Source of the DNA: Alphaproteobacteria bacterium
GTDB lineage: Bacteria; Pseudomonadota; Alphaproteobacteria; UBA828
Assembly: GCA_965220745.1 (NCBI GenBank)
Contig: CBDCQT010000003.1
Location: forward strand, 32,001-96,000
DNA: 64,000 nt
Direction of reading: 5' to 3'
The position numbers were made by a program, and so were the translations under genes. This document shows, in pieces, positions 1 through 8,910 of the stretch. Every line of letters begins with the position of its first letter. Position 1 is the stretch's first letter. The notes beneath the pieces were generated by a model. The model did not search any database and was not told the DNA's origin. It saw only the letters and a program-made list of their open reading frames with translations.

Positions 1-2
1 CG

Positions 3-1355
3 CTCTACTCCAACTGGGATTCCTGGACCTTCGGCGCGAGCACGCTGGTGGGCATTCCCATCTACGTCAACTTCTGGGTGGCGCTCGCTTGGGCCGGGGT
101 CGCACTGCTGGTCGCCACGATCTATCAAAAGTCCCGCTTCGGCCTGGCACTCCGCGCCTCGCGCGAAAACGAGGCGGCGGCGCGCGCGGTCGGCATCAAC
201 GTGCCCACCCAGCGGCTCATCGCCTTCGTGCTGAGCGGGTTCTTCATGGGACTGGGCGGGGTGCTGCAGGCCCACTACGTGGGCTCCATCGTGGTGCGCG
301 GCTTCTGGCTGGGCCCCACCTTCATCGCGCTGGCCATGCTGATGATCGGCGGCCAGCGGAGCCTCACCGGCGCCGTGGTGGGCGTGATCGTGGTCTCGGC
401 CCTGCAGGAGGTGCTGCGCCAGATCGAGGTCGTCATCGAGCAATACGGGCTGAGCCAGCTCGTCATCGCGCTCCTGATGCTGACCATCCTCATCCTCCGC
501 CCGCGCGGCATCGCGAAGGGGCGGGAAATCCCCTGGCCCTTCGCCCGCCAGGCCGCGGCGACACCGGTGCGAAAGGAAGCAGCAGCGGTGCCCGCGATCG
601 TGGCGGCGGGCGGCGACGTGGAGGAGCGGCTGGAGGCGCACGACATCTCGGTCAACTTCGAGGGCCTGGCGGCCGTCGACGAAGTCACGGTGTCGATGGG
701 CCGGCACGAGATATTCGGGCTGATCGGACCCAACGGCGCCGGCAAGACGACGCTGGTGAACGTGCTGACCGGCTTCCAGAAACCGACGCATGGCAGGGTC
801 GTGCTCGCCGGCGTCGACGTTACCGGCATGCCGCCGCACCGGATCGGCCGCCGCGGGCTCGCACGGACCTTCCAGGCGGTGCGGCTCTACCCCGACATGC
901 TGGTGATCGAGAACCTGGAGGCCGCCGCTGTCGGCACCGGCCTCAGCCGGCGCGAGGCGTCGCGGCGCGCACGCGCCATCCTGGAGTGGATGAACTTCAC
1001 GGATAAGGCCTACGATCACGCGGATACCTTGCCCTACGGCGACGAGCGCCGGGTCGGCATCGGCCGCGCGCTGGCGATGGCGCCGCATTTCGTTCTGCTG
1101 GACGAGCCCGCCGCCGGTATGAGTGACGCCGAGTGCGACGACCTGATGGCGCTGATCTCGCGCATTCCCGGCGATTTCGGCTGCGGCGTATTGTTGATCG
1201 AGCACAATATGCGCGTGATCATGGGAGTCTGCGATCGCATCCACGTGATCGATAGCGGGCGGACCATCGGCGAAGGGACGCCGCAGGAGATTCAGGCCAA
1301 TCCTGAAGTGATCCGCGCCTACCTCGGCACGCGGTCGGAGCGGGACGATGCTTGA
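3..1355 (+). CDS. Branched-chain amino acid-type ABC transporter, fused permease (LivM-like) + ATPase (LivG-like); 5'-truncated by window edge
   Basis: Frame is open from base 3. Hydrophobic permease part with GLALRASRENE motif, then Walker A GPNGAGKT, LPYGDERRVGIG, LLDEP and IEHNM. Confidence 0.9.
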   Translation, partial: LYSNWDSWTFGASTLVGIPIYVNFWVALAWAGVALLVATIYQKSRFGLALRASRENEAAARAVGINVPTQRLIAFVLSGFFMGLGGVLQAHYVGSIVVRGFWLGPTFIALAMLMIGGQRSLTGAVVGVIVVSALQEVLRQIEVVIEQYGLSQLVIALLMLTILILRPRGIAKGREIPWPFARQAAATPVRKEAAAVPAIVAAGGDVEERLEAHDISVNFEGLAAVDEVTVSMGRHEIFGLIGPNGAGKTTLVNVLTGFQKPTHGRVVLAGVDVTGMPPHRIGRRGLARTFQAVRLYPDMLVIENLEAAAVGTGLSRREASRRARAILEWMNFTDKAYDHADTLPYGDERRVGIGRALAMAPHFVLLDEPAAGMSDAECDDLMALISRIPGDFGCGVLLIEHNMRVIMGVCDRIHVIDSGRTIGEGTPQEIQANPEVIRAYLGTRSERDDA

Positions 1356-2082
1356 GGTCGACAACATCAGCGTGAGTTACGGCCGCATCCCGGCGGTGCG
1401 GGGCGTCAGCCTCACCGTGGACGAGGGCGAGATCGTGACCCTGGTCGGGCCGAACGGCGCGGGCAAGTCGACTACGCTCATGACCATCGCGGGCGCGCTG
1501 ACCCCTACCGAGGGCACCGTGCGGCTCAATGACGAGGTGATCGTGGGCAAGGGGCCGGAGAACATCGCGCGCCTCGGGGTCTCCTTTGTACCCGAGGGGC
1601 GCCATGTCTTCACCCGGCTCACGGTGGAGGAGAACATCCGCCTCGGCACCGACATGCGCTCCGACAAGAAGCAGATCGAGGAGGACTTCGAGCGCGTGCT
1701 GGACTACTTCCCCTTCATGCGCGATCGCTTGTCGACGCCGGGCGGCAAGCTCTCGGGCGGGGAGCAGCAGCAGCTCGTGATCGGACGCGCGCTGATGACG
1801 GCGCCCAAGATCATCCTGGTGGACGAGCCCTCGCTCGGCCTCGGCCCGCTCATCGTCGACAGGGTTTACGAGATTCTACAGTCCCTGCGCGAGGCCGGGA
1901 ACACGCTGCTGGTGGTGGAGCAGAGCACCCACCGCGCGCTGGAGAATGCCGACCGGGTCTACGTGCTGCGGAGCGGACAGATCGAGCTCACGGGGCGGAG
2001 CAACGAGCTCACCGACGAGGAGCTGGAGCGCGCTTACTTCGGCTTCGAAGAGGCCGCCGAGCGTGAGGACGTGCATTTCTAG
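1348..2082 (+). CDS. livF: Branched-chain amino acid-type ABC transporter ATPase (LivF-like)
   Basis: GPNGAGKS, VPEGRHVF, LSGGEQQ, LVDEPSLGL; overlaps the upstream stop. Confidence 0.88.
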   Translation: MLEVDNISVSYGRIPAVRGVSLTVDEGEIVTLVGPNGAGKSTTLMTIAGALTPTEGTVRLNDEVIVGKGPENIARLGVSFVPEGRHVFTRLTVEENIRLGTDMRSDKKQIEEDFERVLDYFPFMRDRLSTPGGKLSGGEQQQLVIGRALMTAPKIILVDEPSLGLGPLIVDRVYEILQSLREAGNTLLVVEQSTHRALENADRVYVLRSGQIELTGRSNELTDEELERAYFGFEEAAEREDVHF

Positions 2083-2117
2083 AGCGTTTCCGCTTTACGC
2101 TGAAACGCTCTAGAAAT
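2075..2117. terminator. 16-bp perfect stem-loop overlapping the livF stop; probable terminator and left end of a small repeat element
   Basis: ATTTCTAGAGCGTTTC-cgctttacgct-GAAACGCTCTAGAAAT, followed by TTATT. Confidence 0.65.
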
Positions 2118-2253
2118 TTATTGCTCACGGCAGCCGGCCCACGGCCGGCGCCTCCGCGTCGCGCGTCCACGCGCGCGTGCGCGCGATGGCGCCGCAGGAG
2201 CGGCGGGCCGCAGTCGTGGCCTGTCGCGCGTCCGTCAAAGACGGACTCGCTCT
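2081..2253. repeat. MITE-like intergenic element with imperfect terminal inverted repeats
   Basis: Left end AGAGCGTTTCCGCTTTACG; right end reverse complement AGAGCGAGTCCGTCTTTGACG. Internal 22-mer 2156-2177 matches 62212-62233 in reverse (21/22). Confidence 0.5.
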
Positions 2254-2349
2254 GAGGGAGGCGAAACCCCTGCCAAGGGCCCCGGCGGTCGCCTCTCGTC
2301 TCTCAGGCTCCTCGACCAGCCCGGCGAGCCGGACGCATCGTAGTTCAGG

Positions 2350-3063
2350 CTAGGGCGCGGGCCGGGCACCGAAGATCGCGGTGCCGATCCTGACGTGGGT
2401 GGCGCCAAGCGCGATCGCGATGCGGTAATCGGCCGACATGCCCATGCTGAGCTTGCGGAGCCCGTGGCGTGCGGCCAGCTCCCTTAGCAATGTGAAGTGG
2501 AGGGCAGGGTCCTCGGCGGCAGGCGGGATGCACATGAGCCCAACTACGGGCAGCATCAGGTCGTCCCGGCACTGCGCGAGTAGCGTATCGAGGCCGTCCG
2601 GCAGCACGCCGGCCTTCTGCGGCTCTGCGCCGGTGTTGACCTGGATGAAGCAGTGCGGGCGCTTCCCCTGGCGGTCCATCTCGCGGGCGAGCGCTGCAGC
2701 CAGCTTCAGCCGGTCGATGGCGTGGATGGCGTCGGCGACCGCCACGGCGTCCCGCGCCTTGTTGGTCTGCAGCGCGCCGATGTAGTGAAGCACCGCACTG
2801 GGCCACTCGGCGCGGAGCGTCTGCCACTTCCGGCTCGCCTCCTGCATCCTGTTCTCGCCATAGGTGGTATGGCCGGCGGCGAGCGCGGGCAGGATGCGGC
2901 TTGGGGGGTGTCCCTTGGAGACCGCGATCAGCGTAATCTCGCCCGCGTCGCGTCCGGCAGCGCGCGCCGCGTCCTGGACCTCGGCGATAACGGCGGCCAG
3001 ATTGGCCGCGACATCGACGGCCTGCGGGCCGTCTTCGACGGAAGCGGGAGATGCGTGGGCCAT
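2350..3063 (-). CDS. yggS: PLP homeostasis protein (YggS/PLPBP)
   Basis: LIAVSK, YGENRMQE, HYIGALQTNK, GLMCIPP, LSMGMSADY, VRIGTAIFG; start set at ATG 3063. Confidence 0.95.
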   Translation of the reverse strand: MAHASPASVEDGPQAVDVAANLAAVIAEVQDAARAAGRDAGEITLIAVSKGHPPSRILPALAAGHTTYGENRMQEASRKWQTLRAEWPSAVLHYIGALQTNKARDAVAVADAIHAIDRLKLAAALAREMDRQGKRPHCFIQVNTGAEPQKAGVLPDGLDTLLAQCRDDLMLPVVGLMCIPPAAEDPALHFTLLRELAARHGLRKLSMGMSADYRIAIALGATHVRIGTAIFGARPAP

Positions 3064-3085
3064 GGGCGCCTGAGTTGAGCGAGCG

Positions 3086-3697
3086 ATGGGAACGCTAGCA
3101 GAGGCGGCGGCCGGTCTCAAACAAGCGGCGGGGAGCACCTTGCCCGCGCTCATCCTGATGACCGACGAGGCGCGGCTCGCCGATCCGCTCCCGGCAGCTC
3201 GCGCGCTGCCGGCGGGGAGCGCCATCATCCTCCGCCACTATGGCGTATCGGAGCGCGCGGCGCTCGCCCGCCAATTGGCCGCCATCGCGCGCCGGCGCGG
3301 GCTGGTTCTGCTGGTAGGGGAGGATCCAGTGCTCGCGCGGCGTGTCGGCGCGGCAGGCGTCCATCTGCCGGAGCGCGCGATTCGCCGGGCTGGTGCGGTG
3401 CGCTGGCAGCGGGAATGGCTGGTCACCGCCGCCGTCCATTCCCCTGCGGCGTTGCGCACGGCTGCGGCTTGCGGCGCGGACGCGGCCCTGCTCGCCCCGG
3501 TCTTCACCACCGCGAGCCACCCGGATGCCCGCGCCCTCGGCCTCCACCGCTTCGCGGCTCTCGCGCAGGCGAGCCCGATCCCGGTCTATGCCCTCGGCGG
3601 TATCGACGGCGCCCGTGCGCGCCTGTTGCGGGGCAGCGGGGCAGTCGGAATCGCCGGCATCGGCGGACTCATCCTGCAGGTCATGCCTCGCTCGTGA
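3086..3697 (+). CDS. Thiamine phosphate synthase/TenI family protein
   Basis: AGVHL, APVFTTASHP, PVYALGGI motifs; divergent from yggS. Confidence 0.8.
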   Translation: MGTLAEAAAGLKQAAGSTLPALILMTDEARLADPLPAARALPAGSAIILRHYGVSERAALARQLAAIARRRGLVLLVGEDPVLARRVGAAGVHLPERAIRRAGAVRWQREWLVTAAVHSPAALRTAAACGADAALLAPVFTTASHPDARALGLHRFAALAQASPIPVYALGGIDGARARLLRGSGAVGIAGIGGLILQVMPRS

Positions 3698-3728
3698 GCG
3701 CCACGTTCCGCTCGAGACAGACGATTAG

Positions 3729-3877
3729 GGAAGGTCTGAATAAGTGCCTCCTGCATTTCTCAGACGCGCAAGGCGGAAGCGCGCTTTCCGCTTTGCTCAC
3801 ATTTTCAGTGACTTACAGCCACCGAAAATGGTGGCACATCCCTGTGCCACGGGAACCCCTGATAAATCAGAGGTTCC
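3729..3877. mobile_element. IS5-type MITE (149 bp, no transposase)
   Basis: Left end GGAAGGTCTGAATAAG resembles the IS5 terminal repeat GGAAGGTGCGAAYAAG. Right end reverse complement GGAACCTCTGATTTA. Flanks TTAG and CTAG fit the IS5 YTAR target. Confidence 0.65.
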
Positions 3878-4074
3878 CTAGTTCTCACCGAGAGTTCGGG
3901 TCGTTCTGGCGCTCGATAAACGCCTACATCTCCGCAAACTTGCATCCGGAATCGGAATGCGCCGCGGAGAACGGCACACGATCGAAAAGACGTTGCGACA
4001 GCGCCAATCCATTACGTCTGAGAAATAGTCGAGCAACCAGTGACCTGCCCCCGTCGACTGGTCCAAGTCGAATG

Positions 4075-4980
4075 TTAGTGCATTGCGGGTTTGCCGGCCA
4101 AGCTGGGTGACCGGCGGAGCGTAGCGGAGCCGGGCGGCCAGCTTGGCATGATGATCGTCTCCGGGGCCGGCGGCCGGTATCCCAGGCTGCTGTGTGGGCG
4201 CACGGCGTTGTAATGGCACCGCCACGATTCGATGAGAACCTGGGCTTCCTTCAGGGTGTAGAAGATCTCCCCGTTCAGGAGCTCGTCGCGCAGCCGCGCA
4301 TTGAAGCTCTCGATGTAGCCGTTCTCCCAGGGTGAGCCCGGCTCGATGAAGGCGGTGCGGGCGCTGACCGCAGCGATCCACCGCCTGACGGCCTCGGCGA
4401 CGAACTCCGGACCGTTGTCGGAACGGATCCAGGTCGGAATGCCGCGCAGGATGAACAGGTCGGTCAGCACATCGATGACGTCGATCGAGGAAAGCCTCCT
4501 GCGCACCCGGATGACCAGGCTCTCGCGGGTGAACTCGTCCAGGACGTTGAGCATGCGGAAGGCCCTGCCGTCATACGTCCGGTGATGGACGAAGTCGTAG
4601 GACCAGACGTGATCCGCCCTCTCGGCGCGCAGCCGGATGCAGGAGCCGTCATTGAGCCAAAGCCGGCCCCGCTTCGGTTGCTTGCCGGGCACCTTCAGCC
4701 CCTCGCGCCGCCACAAGCGCTCGATCCGCTTGTCGTTGACCTGCCAGCCGGCATCGCGAAGCAGGGCCGCGATGCGGCGATAGCCGTAACGGCCGTACTG
4801 GCGGGCCAGCTCGATCATGTACGCGACCAGGCGGTCCTCGTCGTCGCGGCCGCGCGGGATGCGGCGCTGGGTCGAGCGGTGCTGCCCCAGCACCCGGCAA
4901 GCGCGGCGTTCCGAGACCCCGAGCCGGTCACAGACATGATCGATGCACTGGCGCCGGCGCGAGGGGCTTAGAAGTTTCCC
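4075..4980 (-). CDS. IS3 transposase OrfB (DDE integrase core), reached by -1 frameshift
   Basis: WSYDF, IRSDNGPEF, NGYIESFN. The -1 frame is open from slippery G-GGA-AAC (4980-4974) and reads GKLLSPSRRRQCIDH. Confidence 0.92.
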   Translation of the reverse strand, partial: GKLLSPSRRRQCIDHVCDRLGVSERRACRVLGQHRSTQRRIPRGRDDEDRLVAYMIELARQYGRYGYRRIAALLRDAGWQVNDKRIERLWRREGLKVPGKQPKRGRLWLNDGSCIRLRAERADHVWSYDFVHHRTYDGRAFRMLNVLDEFTRESLVIRVRRRLSSIDVIDVLTDLFILRGIPTWIRSDNGPEFVAEAVRRWIAAVSARTAFIEPGSPWENGYIESFNARLRDELLNGEIFYTLKEAQVLIESWRCHYNAVRPHSSLGYRPPAPETIIMPSWPPGSATLRRSPSLAGKPAMH

Positions 4981-5246
4981 CCTGCGGCCTCTTTGAGAAT
5001 CTGCTTGTCCAGCGTCAGATCGGAGACCGCACGGCGCAGCCGCTCGTTCTCCTTCTCGAGCTCCTTCAAACGGCGGAGCTGATCGCCGCTCATCCCGGCA
5101 TACTCCTTGCGCCAGCGGTAGAAGGTAACCTCGCTGATCCCAAGCTCGCGGATCGCGTCCGCCATCGACATGCCCTGGCCGTTCAGAACCTCAGCCCGCC
5201 GCAGCAGGTTCACGATTTCCTCAGGCTTGTAACGCTTCCTTGCCAT
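4968..5246 (-). CDS. IS3 transposase OrfA (HTH)
   Basis: MARKRYKPEEI, LGISEVTFYRWRKEY, LKELEKENERLRR; AGAGGAGG RBS upstream. Confidence 0.93.
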   Translation of the reverse strand: MARKRYKPEEIVNLLRRAEVLNGQGMSMADAIRELGISEVTFYRWRKEYAGMSGDQLRRLKELEKENERLRRAVSDLTLDKQILKEAAGGNF

Positions 5247-5412
5247 CGTCGGTCCTCCTCTTTCCATAACCTAAGGGTGGACCAATCCGATGGGGGAGGA
5301 TCACCAGTGCGGCACCAGCCGCTCAAGGGTAGCGCGGCCCTAACGGACAATGTTGACGCTCTCGAACTTAAGGGCGTCGAGATACGCGACTTTGCTGGGT
5401 CTGGCCGGTTCC

Positions 5413-6291
5413 TCACCGGCGCTCATCGGCTAGCTTCGGTCCTGGTTGCAGACTTTCGTACCCAGCCGGTACATAGCCGAAGCGCTCCATCTGGGTACGG
5501 TGTTGTTCCACCACGCGGCGGACCTGTTTGTCGTCGAGAACAGCGCGCCAGCCATCCACTTTGCCGGCGCGGAAGAATCGCTGCTGCTTCGAGCCGCCCT
5601 CTATAAAACCCGAGCGATCCTCTTGTGCGCGCAAGGCCCGGAAGGACGAGTGACGGATGGCTCGATCGATGCGTTCGCGCGGTGGCTTGAGGCCGAGAAA
5701 GCCAGCGATCGCGCGAAAAGTCGGGCCGGGACGGCGTTTCATGTCCTCGTAGCGCACGACGTGGAGCGCAGGATGGGATCTGCCGGTCCAGCTCTCGACA
5801 TGGGTGGACCAGTCGCAGCGATGTTCGGGCACATTGGTCTCTGTTGCGGGCGTTGTGTGTCCAACAATTCCCATCTCGGTAATGATGTCTTCCACTGGAC
5901 GGTCGACGTGATGAGCATAGGAGAGAGCCACGTCGAGGGGATTGCGTATGATGTAAATCGCGCCTGCGGTGACGCTTTGGGTAATCATGGGCGCGCCGTC
6001 CACCTCAACAAATGCGTTGTGGGTCTTGACCAAGGCGGTATCCGGCACGCACTCGGCGAGGAACGCGTGCACCTTGGGCCTGAAGCGCGCGAGATCGGCC
6101 GCACTCAGGTCTTCGGGTGCGCGCGGGTCAAAACTTCGGTACCAAGTCGCATCGCTGTCGACGGGTGAAAATTCCGACAGGCGGTTGATGTCAAACGGCG
6201 TGCGCGGATTGTGTAAGAGGTTAAGGAGGAAGGCGCGTAGCCAAGTGTTGCCCGACTTCGGGTAGGACGCGAGCCAGAGGATCTTGCTCAT
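5413..6291 (-). CDS. PAPS-dependent sulfotransferase (Sulfotransfer_1 type)
   Basis: 5'-PSB loop SYPKSGNTW, KTH, 3'-PB IRNPLDVALS, VRYED, FFRAGKVDGW. Confidence 0.92.
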   Translation of the reverse strand: MSKILWLASYPKSGNTWLRAFLLNLLHNPRTPFDINRLSEFSPVDSDATWYRSFDPRAPEDLSAADLARFRPKVHAFLAECVPDTALVKTHNAFVEVDGAPMITQSVTAGAIYIIRNPLDVALSYAHHVDRPVEDIITEMGIVGHTTPATETNVPEHRCDWSTHVESWTGRSHPALHVVRYEDMKRRPGPTFRAIAGFLGLKPPRERIDRAIRHSSFRALRAQEDRSGFIEGGSKQQRFFRAGKVDGWRAVLDDKQVRRVVEQHRTQMERFGYVPAGYESLQPGPKLADERR

Positions 6292-6378
6292 CTTGCCCGC
6301 TCCCGTATCTTGAATTTCGACCTGAAGGAAACGGGCTTATCGGTCGCGCTGGCTGCACAAGGAGAGGGAGTGGACGTC

Positions 6379-7596
6379 CTAAAGCGACGGGGCGCCGCCT
6401 TCGAGGGGGATGATCTCCACCGCGGTGCCGCGCGCGGCCGCAGGCGCGTGGGGCGGGCGGACGACGAGACACTGCGCCTTCACCAGCAGCGAGAGCATCG
6501 AGCTGTCCTGCTTCGCGAACGGCGTGGCGATGAGCGCGCCGCTCTCGTCGCGCGTGAGCGTCGCGCGTAGGTAGTCTTCCCGCTCGTCGTTCTCCCCGAC
6601 ATCGGCGCCGAGGCTCGCCTGCTGAACCATCGGATGGGCGCTCTCGTCGGTGCCGAGCATCCGTGCCATCGCCGGCCTGAGGAAGATCAGCGCGCAGACG
6701 AGGGACGAGACCGGGTTGCCGGGCAGGCCGAGCAGGCGGGTGCCGCCGACGGTGCCGAACATCAGCGGCTTGCCGGGTCGCATGGCAATCTTCCAGAAAT
6801 CGAGCGCGAGCCCTTCGTCCTTGAGCGCGTCGCGGATCAGGTCGTGCTCGCCCACCGAGGCGCCCCCGGTGGTGACCAGCAGGTCCGCGCCGCCTGCACC
6901 GGCGGCATGGCGCACGAGGGACTCCGGGTCGTCGCGGGCGATGCCGAGGTCGATGGCCTCGCCGCCGCAGCCTTCCACCACGGCCCTGAGCGCGTGCGTG
7001 TTGGAGCTCACGATCTGGTTGGCGCCCAGCGGCTCGCCGGGCATGACGATCTCGTCGCCGGTGGCGAGCAGCGCGATGCGCGGCTTGCGGCGGACCGTGA
7101 GCCACGGCTGGTTCATGGCGGCGGCGAGGCCGATGGCGCGCGCATCCAGCCGCCGGCCTGCCGGGACGCCCACTTCGCCCGCACGAAAGTCGAGCCCGGC
7201 TGGGCGGATGTAGCGGCCCCCCGGCGCGCCCGCGCGTACGGCGATGGCATCGCCGTCGGCCTCGGTGTTCTCCTGGATTACGATGGTGTCGGCGCCGTCG
7301 GGCACCGGGGCGCCTGTAAAGATTCGCACGGTCTCGCCGGGCCCGACCGTGCCCTCGAATCGCGCGCCGGCCGGAACGCTGCCGATCTGGCGCAGCGTGG
7401 TGGGCGGATCCGCGACATCGGCAGCCCGCGCCGCGTAGCCGTCCATCGCCGAAACGGCGAAGGGCGGCTGCGTGAGGCGGGCAACGACATCAGCCGCCAG
7501 CACGCGGCCGTGGGCCGCGGCCAAGGGAACGGTCTCCGCCGGCAGCGGCGAGAAGGCGGCGGTGATGCGGGCGACGGCCTCTGCGACCGGGATCAT
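6379..7596 (-). CDS. moeA: Molybdopterin molybdotransferase
   Basis: SAMDGYA, IFTGAPVP, ATGDE, TGGASVG, MRPGKP, GLPGNPVS. Confidence 0.97.
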   Translation of the reverse strand: MIPVAEAVARITAAFSPLPAETVPLAAAHGRVLAADVVARLTQPPFAVSAMDGYAARAADVADPPTTLRQIGSVPAGARFEGTVGPGETVRIFTGAPVPDGADTIVIQENTEADGDAIAVRAGAPGGRYIRPAGLDFRAGEVGVPAGRRLDARAIGLAAAMNQPWLTVRRKPRIALLATGDEIVMPGEPLGANQIVSSNTHALRAVVEGCGGEAIDLGIARDDPESLVRHAAGAGGADLLVTTGGASVGEHDLIRDALKDEGLALDFWKIAMRPGKPLMFGTVGGTRLLGLPGNPVSSLVCALIFLRPAMARMLGTDESAHPMVQQASLGADVGENDEREDYLRATLTRDESGALIATPFAKQDSSMLSLLVKAQCLVVRPPHAPAAARGTAVEIIPLEGGAPSL

Positions 7597-7599
7597 CGG

Positions 7600-8076
7600 T
7601 CAGGGCGCCTTGAATTCGCCGGACCGGCCGCCCGCCTTGTGGGTGAGCCGCACGTCGGTGATGCGCATGCCGCGATCGGCGGCCTTGCACATGTCGTAGA
7701 CGGTGAGCGCGGCGACGCTCGCGGCGGTCAGCGCCTCCATCTCGACCCCGGTGCGCGCGGTGATGCGGCAGCTTGCCTCGATGTCGATGGCACCCGCTGC
7801 TTCGTCGCAGGCGAGCGTCACGTCGACGGCGCTGAGCGCGAGCGGGTGGCAGAGCGGGATCAGATCGGCGGTCCGCTTGGCGGCCATGATGCCGGCGAGG
7901 CGGGCGACGCCCAGCACGTCGCCTTTGGCGACGCCGCCTTCCGCGATCAGGCGCACGGTCTCGGGCTTCATCAGCACCCGCGCCCGCGCCGTCGCCCGGC
8001 GCTGGGTGACCTCCTTCTCGGTCACGTCCACCATGCGCGCCTTGCCTTCTTCGTCGATGTGCGTGAGCCGCGCCAT
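7600..8076 (-). CDS. moaC: Cyclic pyranopterin monophosphate synthase
   Basis: [29 protein letters not shown]. Confidence 0.97.
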   Translation of the reverse strand: MARLTHIDEEGKARMVDVTEKEVTQRRATARARVLMKPETVRLIAEGGVAKGDVLGVARLAGIMAAKRTADLIPLCHPLALSAVDVTLACDEAAGAIDIEASCRITARTGVEMEALTAASVAALTVYDMCKAADRGMRITDVRLTHKAGGRSGEFKAP

Positions 8077-8079
8077 GGC

Positions 8080-8910
8080 TCAGCCCTCCGCTGCCTGGGC
8101 GGCGGGCGTCTCGGCGGGCGCAGGGGCGAGCAACGCTGCCGTCGCCGCCGCGACATCTGCCTGGCGCATGAGGGATTCGCCAACCAAAAACCGGCGCACG
8201 CCGAGCGCCGTCATGCGCACGATGTCTTCAGGGCTATGCAGGCCGCTTTCACAGATGACGGGCGGCCCACCGGCCGCGAGCGGCGCGAGGCGCTCGGTGG
8301 TCGCGAGATCGACCTCCAGTGTCTTCAGGTTGCGGTTGTTGATGCCGAGCAGCGAGGCGTCGAGCTGGAGCGCGCGCCGGAGCTCGGGCTCGTCATGCAC
8401 CTCAACCAGCGTGTCCATGCCGAGCTCCGCCGCCGCCGCCGCAAGTTCTGAGGCCTGGTCGTCGCTGAGAGCCGCCATGATGAGCAGGATGCAGTCCGCG
8501 CCCAGCGCCCGCGCTTCGACCACCTGATAGGGGTCGAGCATGAAATCCTTGCGCAGCACGGGGAGCGAGACCGCCGCGTGCGCCTCGGTGAGATACCGGT
8601 CCTCGCCCTGGAAGTAGTCCTTGTCCGTCAGCACCGAGAGGCAGGCCGCGCCGCCGGCGGCGTAGGCGGCGGCCAGCGCCGGCGGGTCGAAGTCGGCGCG
8701 GATCAAGCCCTTGCTCGGCGATGCCTTCTTGAGCTCGGCGATGAGCGCCGGCCGCCCAGTGTCGGCGACCGCGGCGAGCGCCCGAGCGAAGCCGCGCGGT
8801 GGTTCGACGGCGAGCGCCCGATCGGCAAGCGCCGCCTGGGAGACGGCCCGCTTGCGGGCGGCGATATGGTGCCGCTTGTCGTCGCAAATCTTCGCGAGGA
8901 CGTCGCTCAT
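8080..8910 (-). CDS. trpC: Indole-3-glycerol phosphate synthase
   Basis: [33 protein letters not shown]. Confidence 0.97.
   Translation of the reverse strand: MSDVLAKICDDKRHHIAARKRAVSQAALADRALAVEPPRGFARALAAVADTGRPALIAELKKASPSKGLIRADFDPPALAAAYAAGGAACLSVLTDKDYFQGEDRYLTEAHAAVSLPVLRKDFMLDPYQVVEARALGADCILLIMAALSDDQASELAAAAAELGMDTLVEVHDEPELRRALQLDASLLGINNRNLKTLEVDLATTERLAPLAAGGPPVICESGLHSPEDIVRMTALGVRRFLVGESLMRQADVAAATAALLAPAPAETPAAQAAEG

Larger units (their letters stand above)
4041..5303 (-). mobile_element. IS3-family insertion sequence (IS407-group-like), 1263 bp, apparently intact
   Basis: Inverted repeats TGACCTGCCCCCGTCGACTGGTCCA / TGATCCTCCCCCATCGGATTGGTCCA (rc). 4-bp target duplication CCAG at 4037-4040 and 5304-5307. 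Contains orfA and orfB. Confidence 0.95.
3900..5426 (-). pseudogene. cysD: Degenerate 5' fragment of sulfate adenylyltransferase subunit 2, interrupted by IS3
   Basis: With the IS removed it reads MSAGEEPARPSKVAYLDALKFESVNIVR*GRATLERLVPHW|LLDYFSDVMDWRCRNVF, then after a frameshift DRVPFSAAHSDSGCKFAEM*AFIER. This follows the CysD N-terminal pattern LD.LE.ESI.I.RE...WS.GKDS.VM.WL.RKAF...VPFP..H.DTG.KF.EMY.F. Confidence 0.7.

Noticed and set aside
3780-3880. tRNA or riboswitch after the thiE-like gene
   Set aside because: No cloverleaf or T-loop and no TPP aptamer core that I could recognise; the hairpins are better explained as MITE internals.
3415-4110. 231-aa + strand ORF
   Set aside because: It runs across the thiE-like gene, the MITE, the antisense of the cysD relic and the IS end; a chance read-through.
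6634-8451. Long antisense or alternate-frame ORFs (also 13649-15547, 28655-30433, 41265-43310, 46924-48912, 49811-51772)
   Set aside because: They overlap clearly identifiable genes and have no motifs; such shadows are expected in high-GC DNA with strong codon bias.
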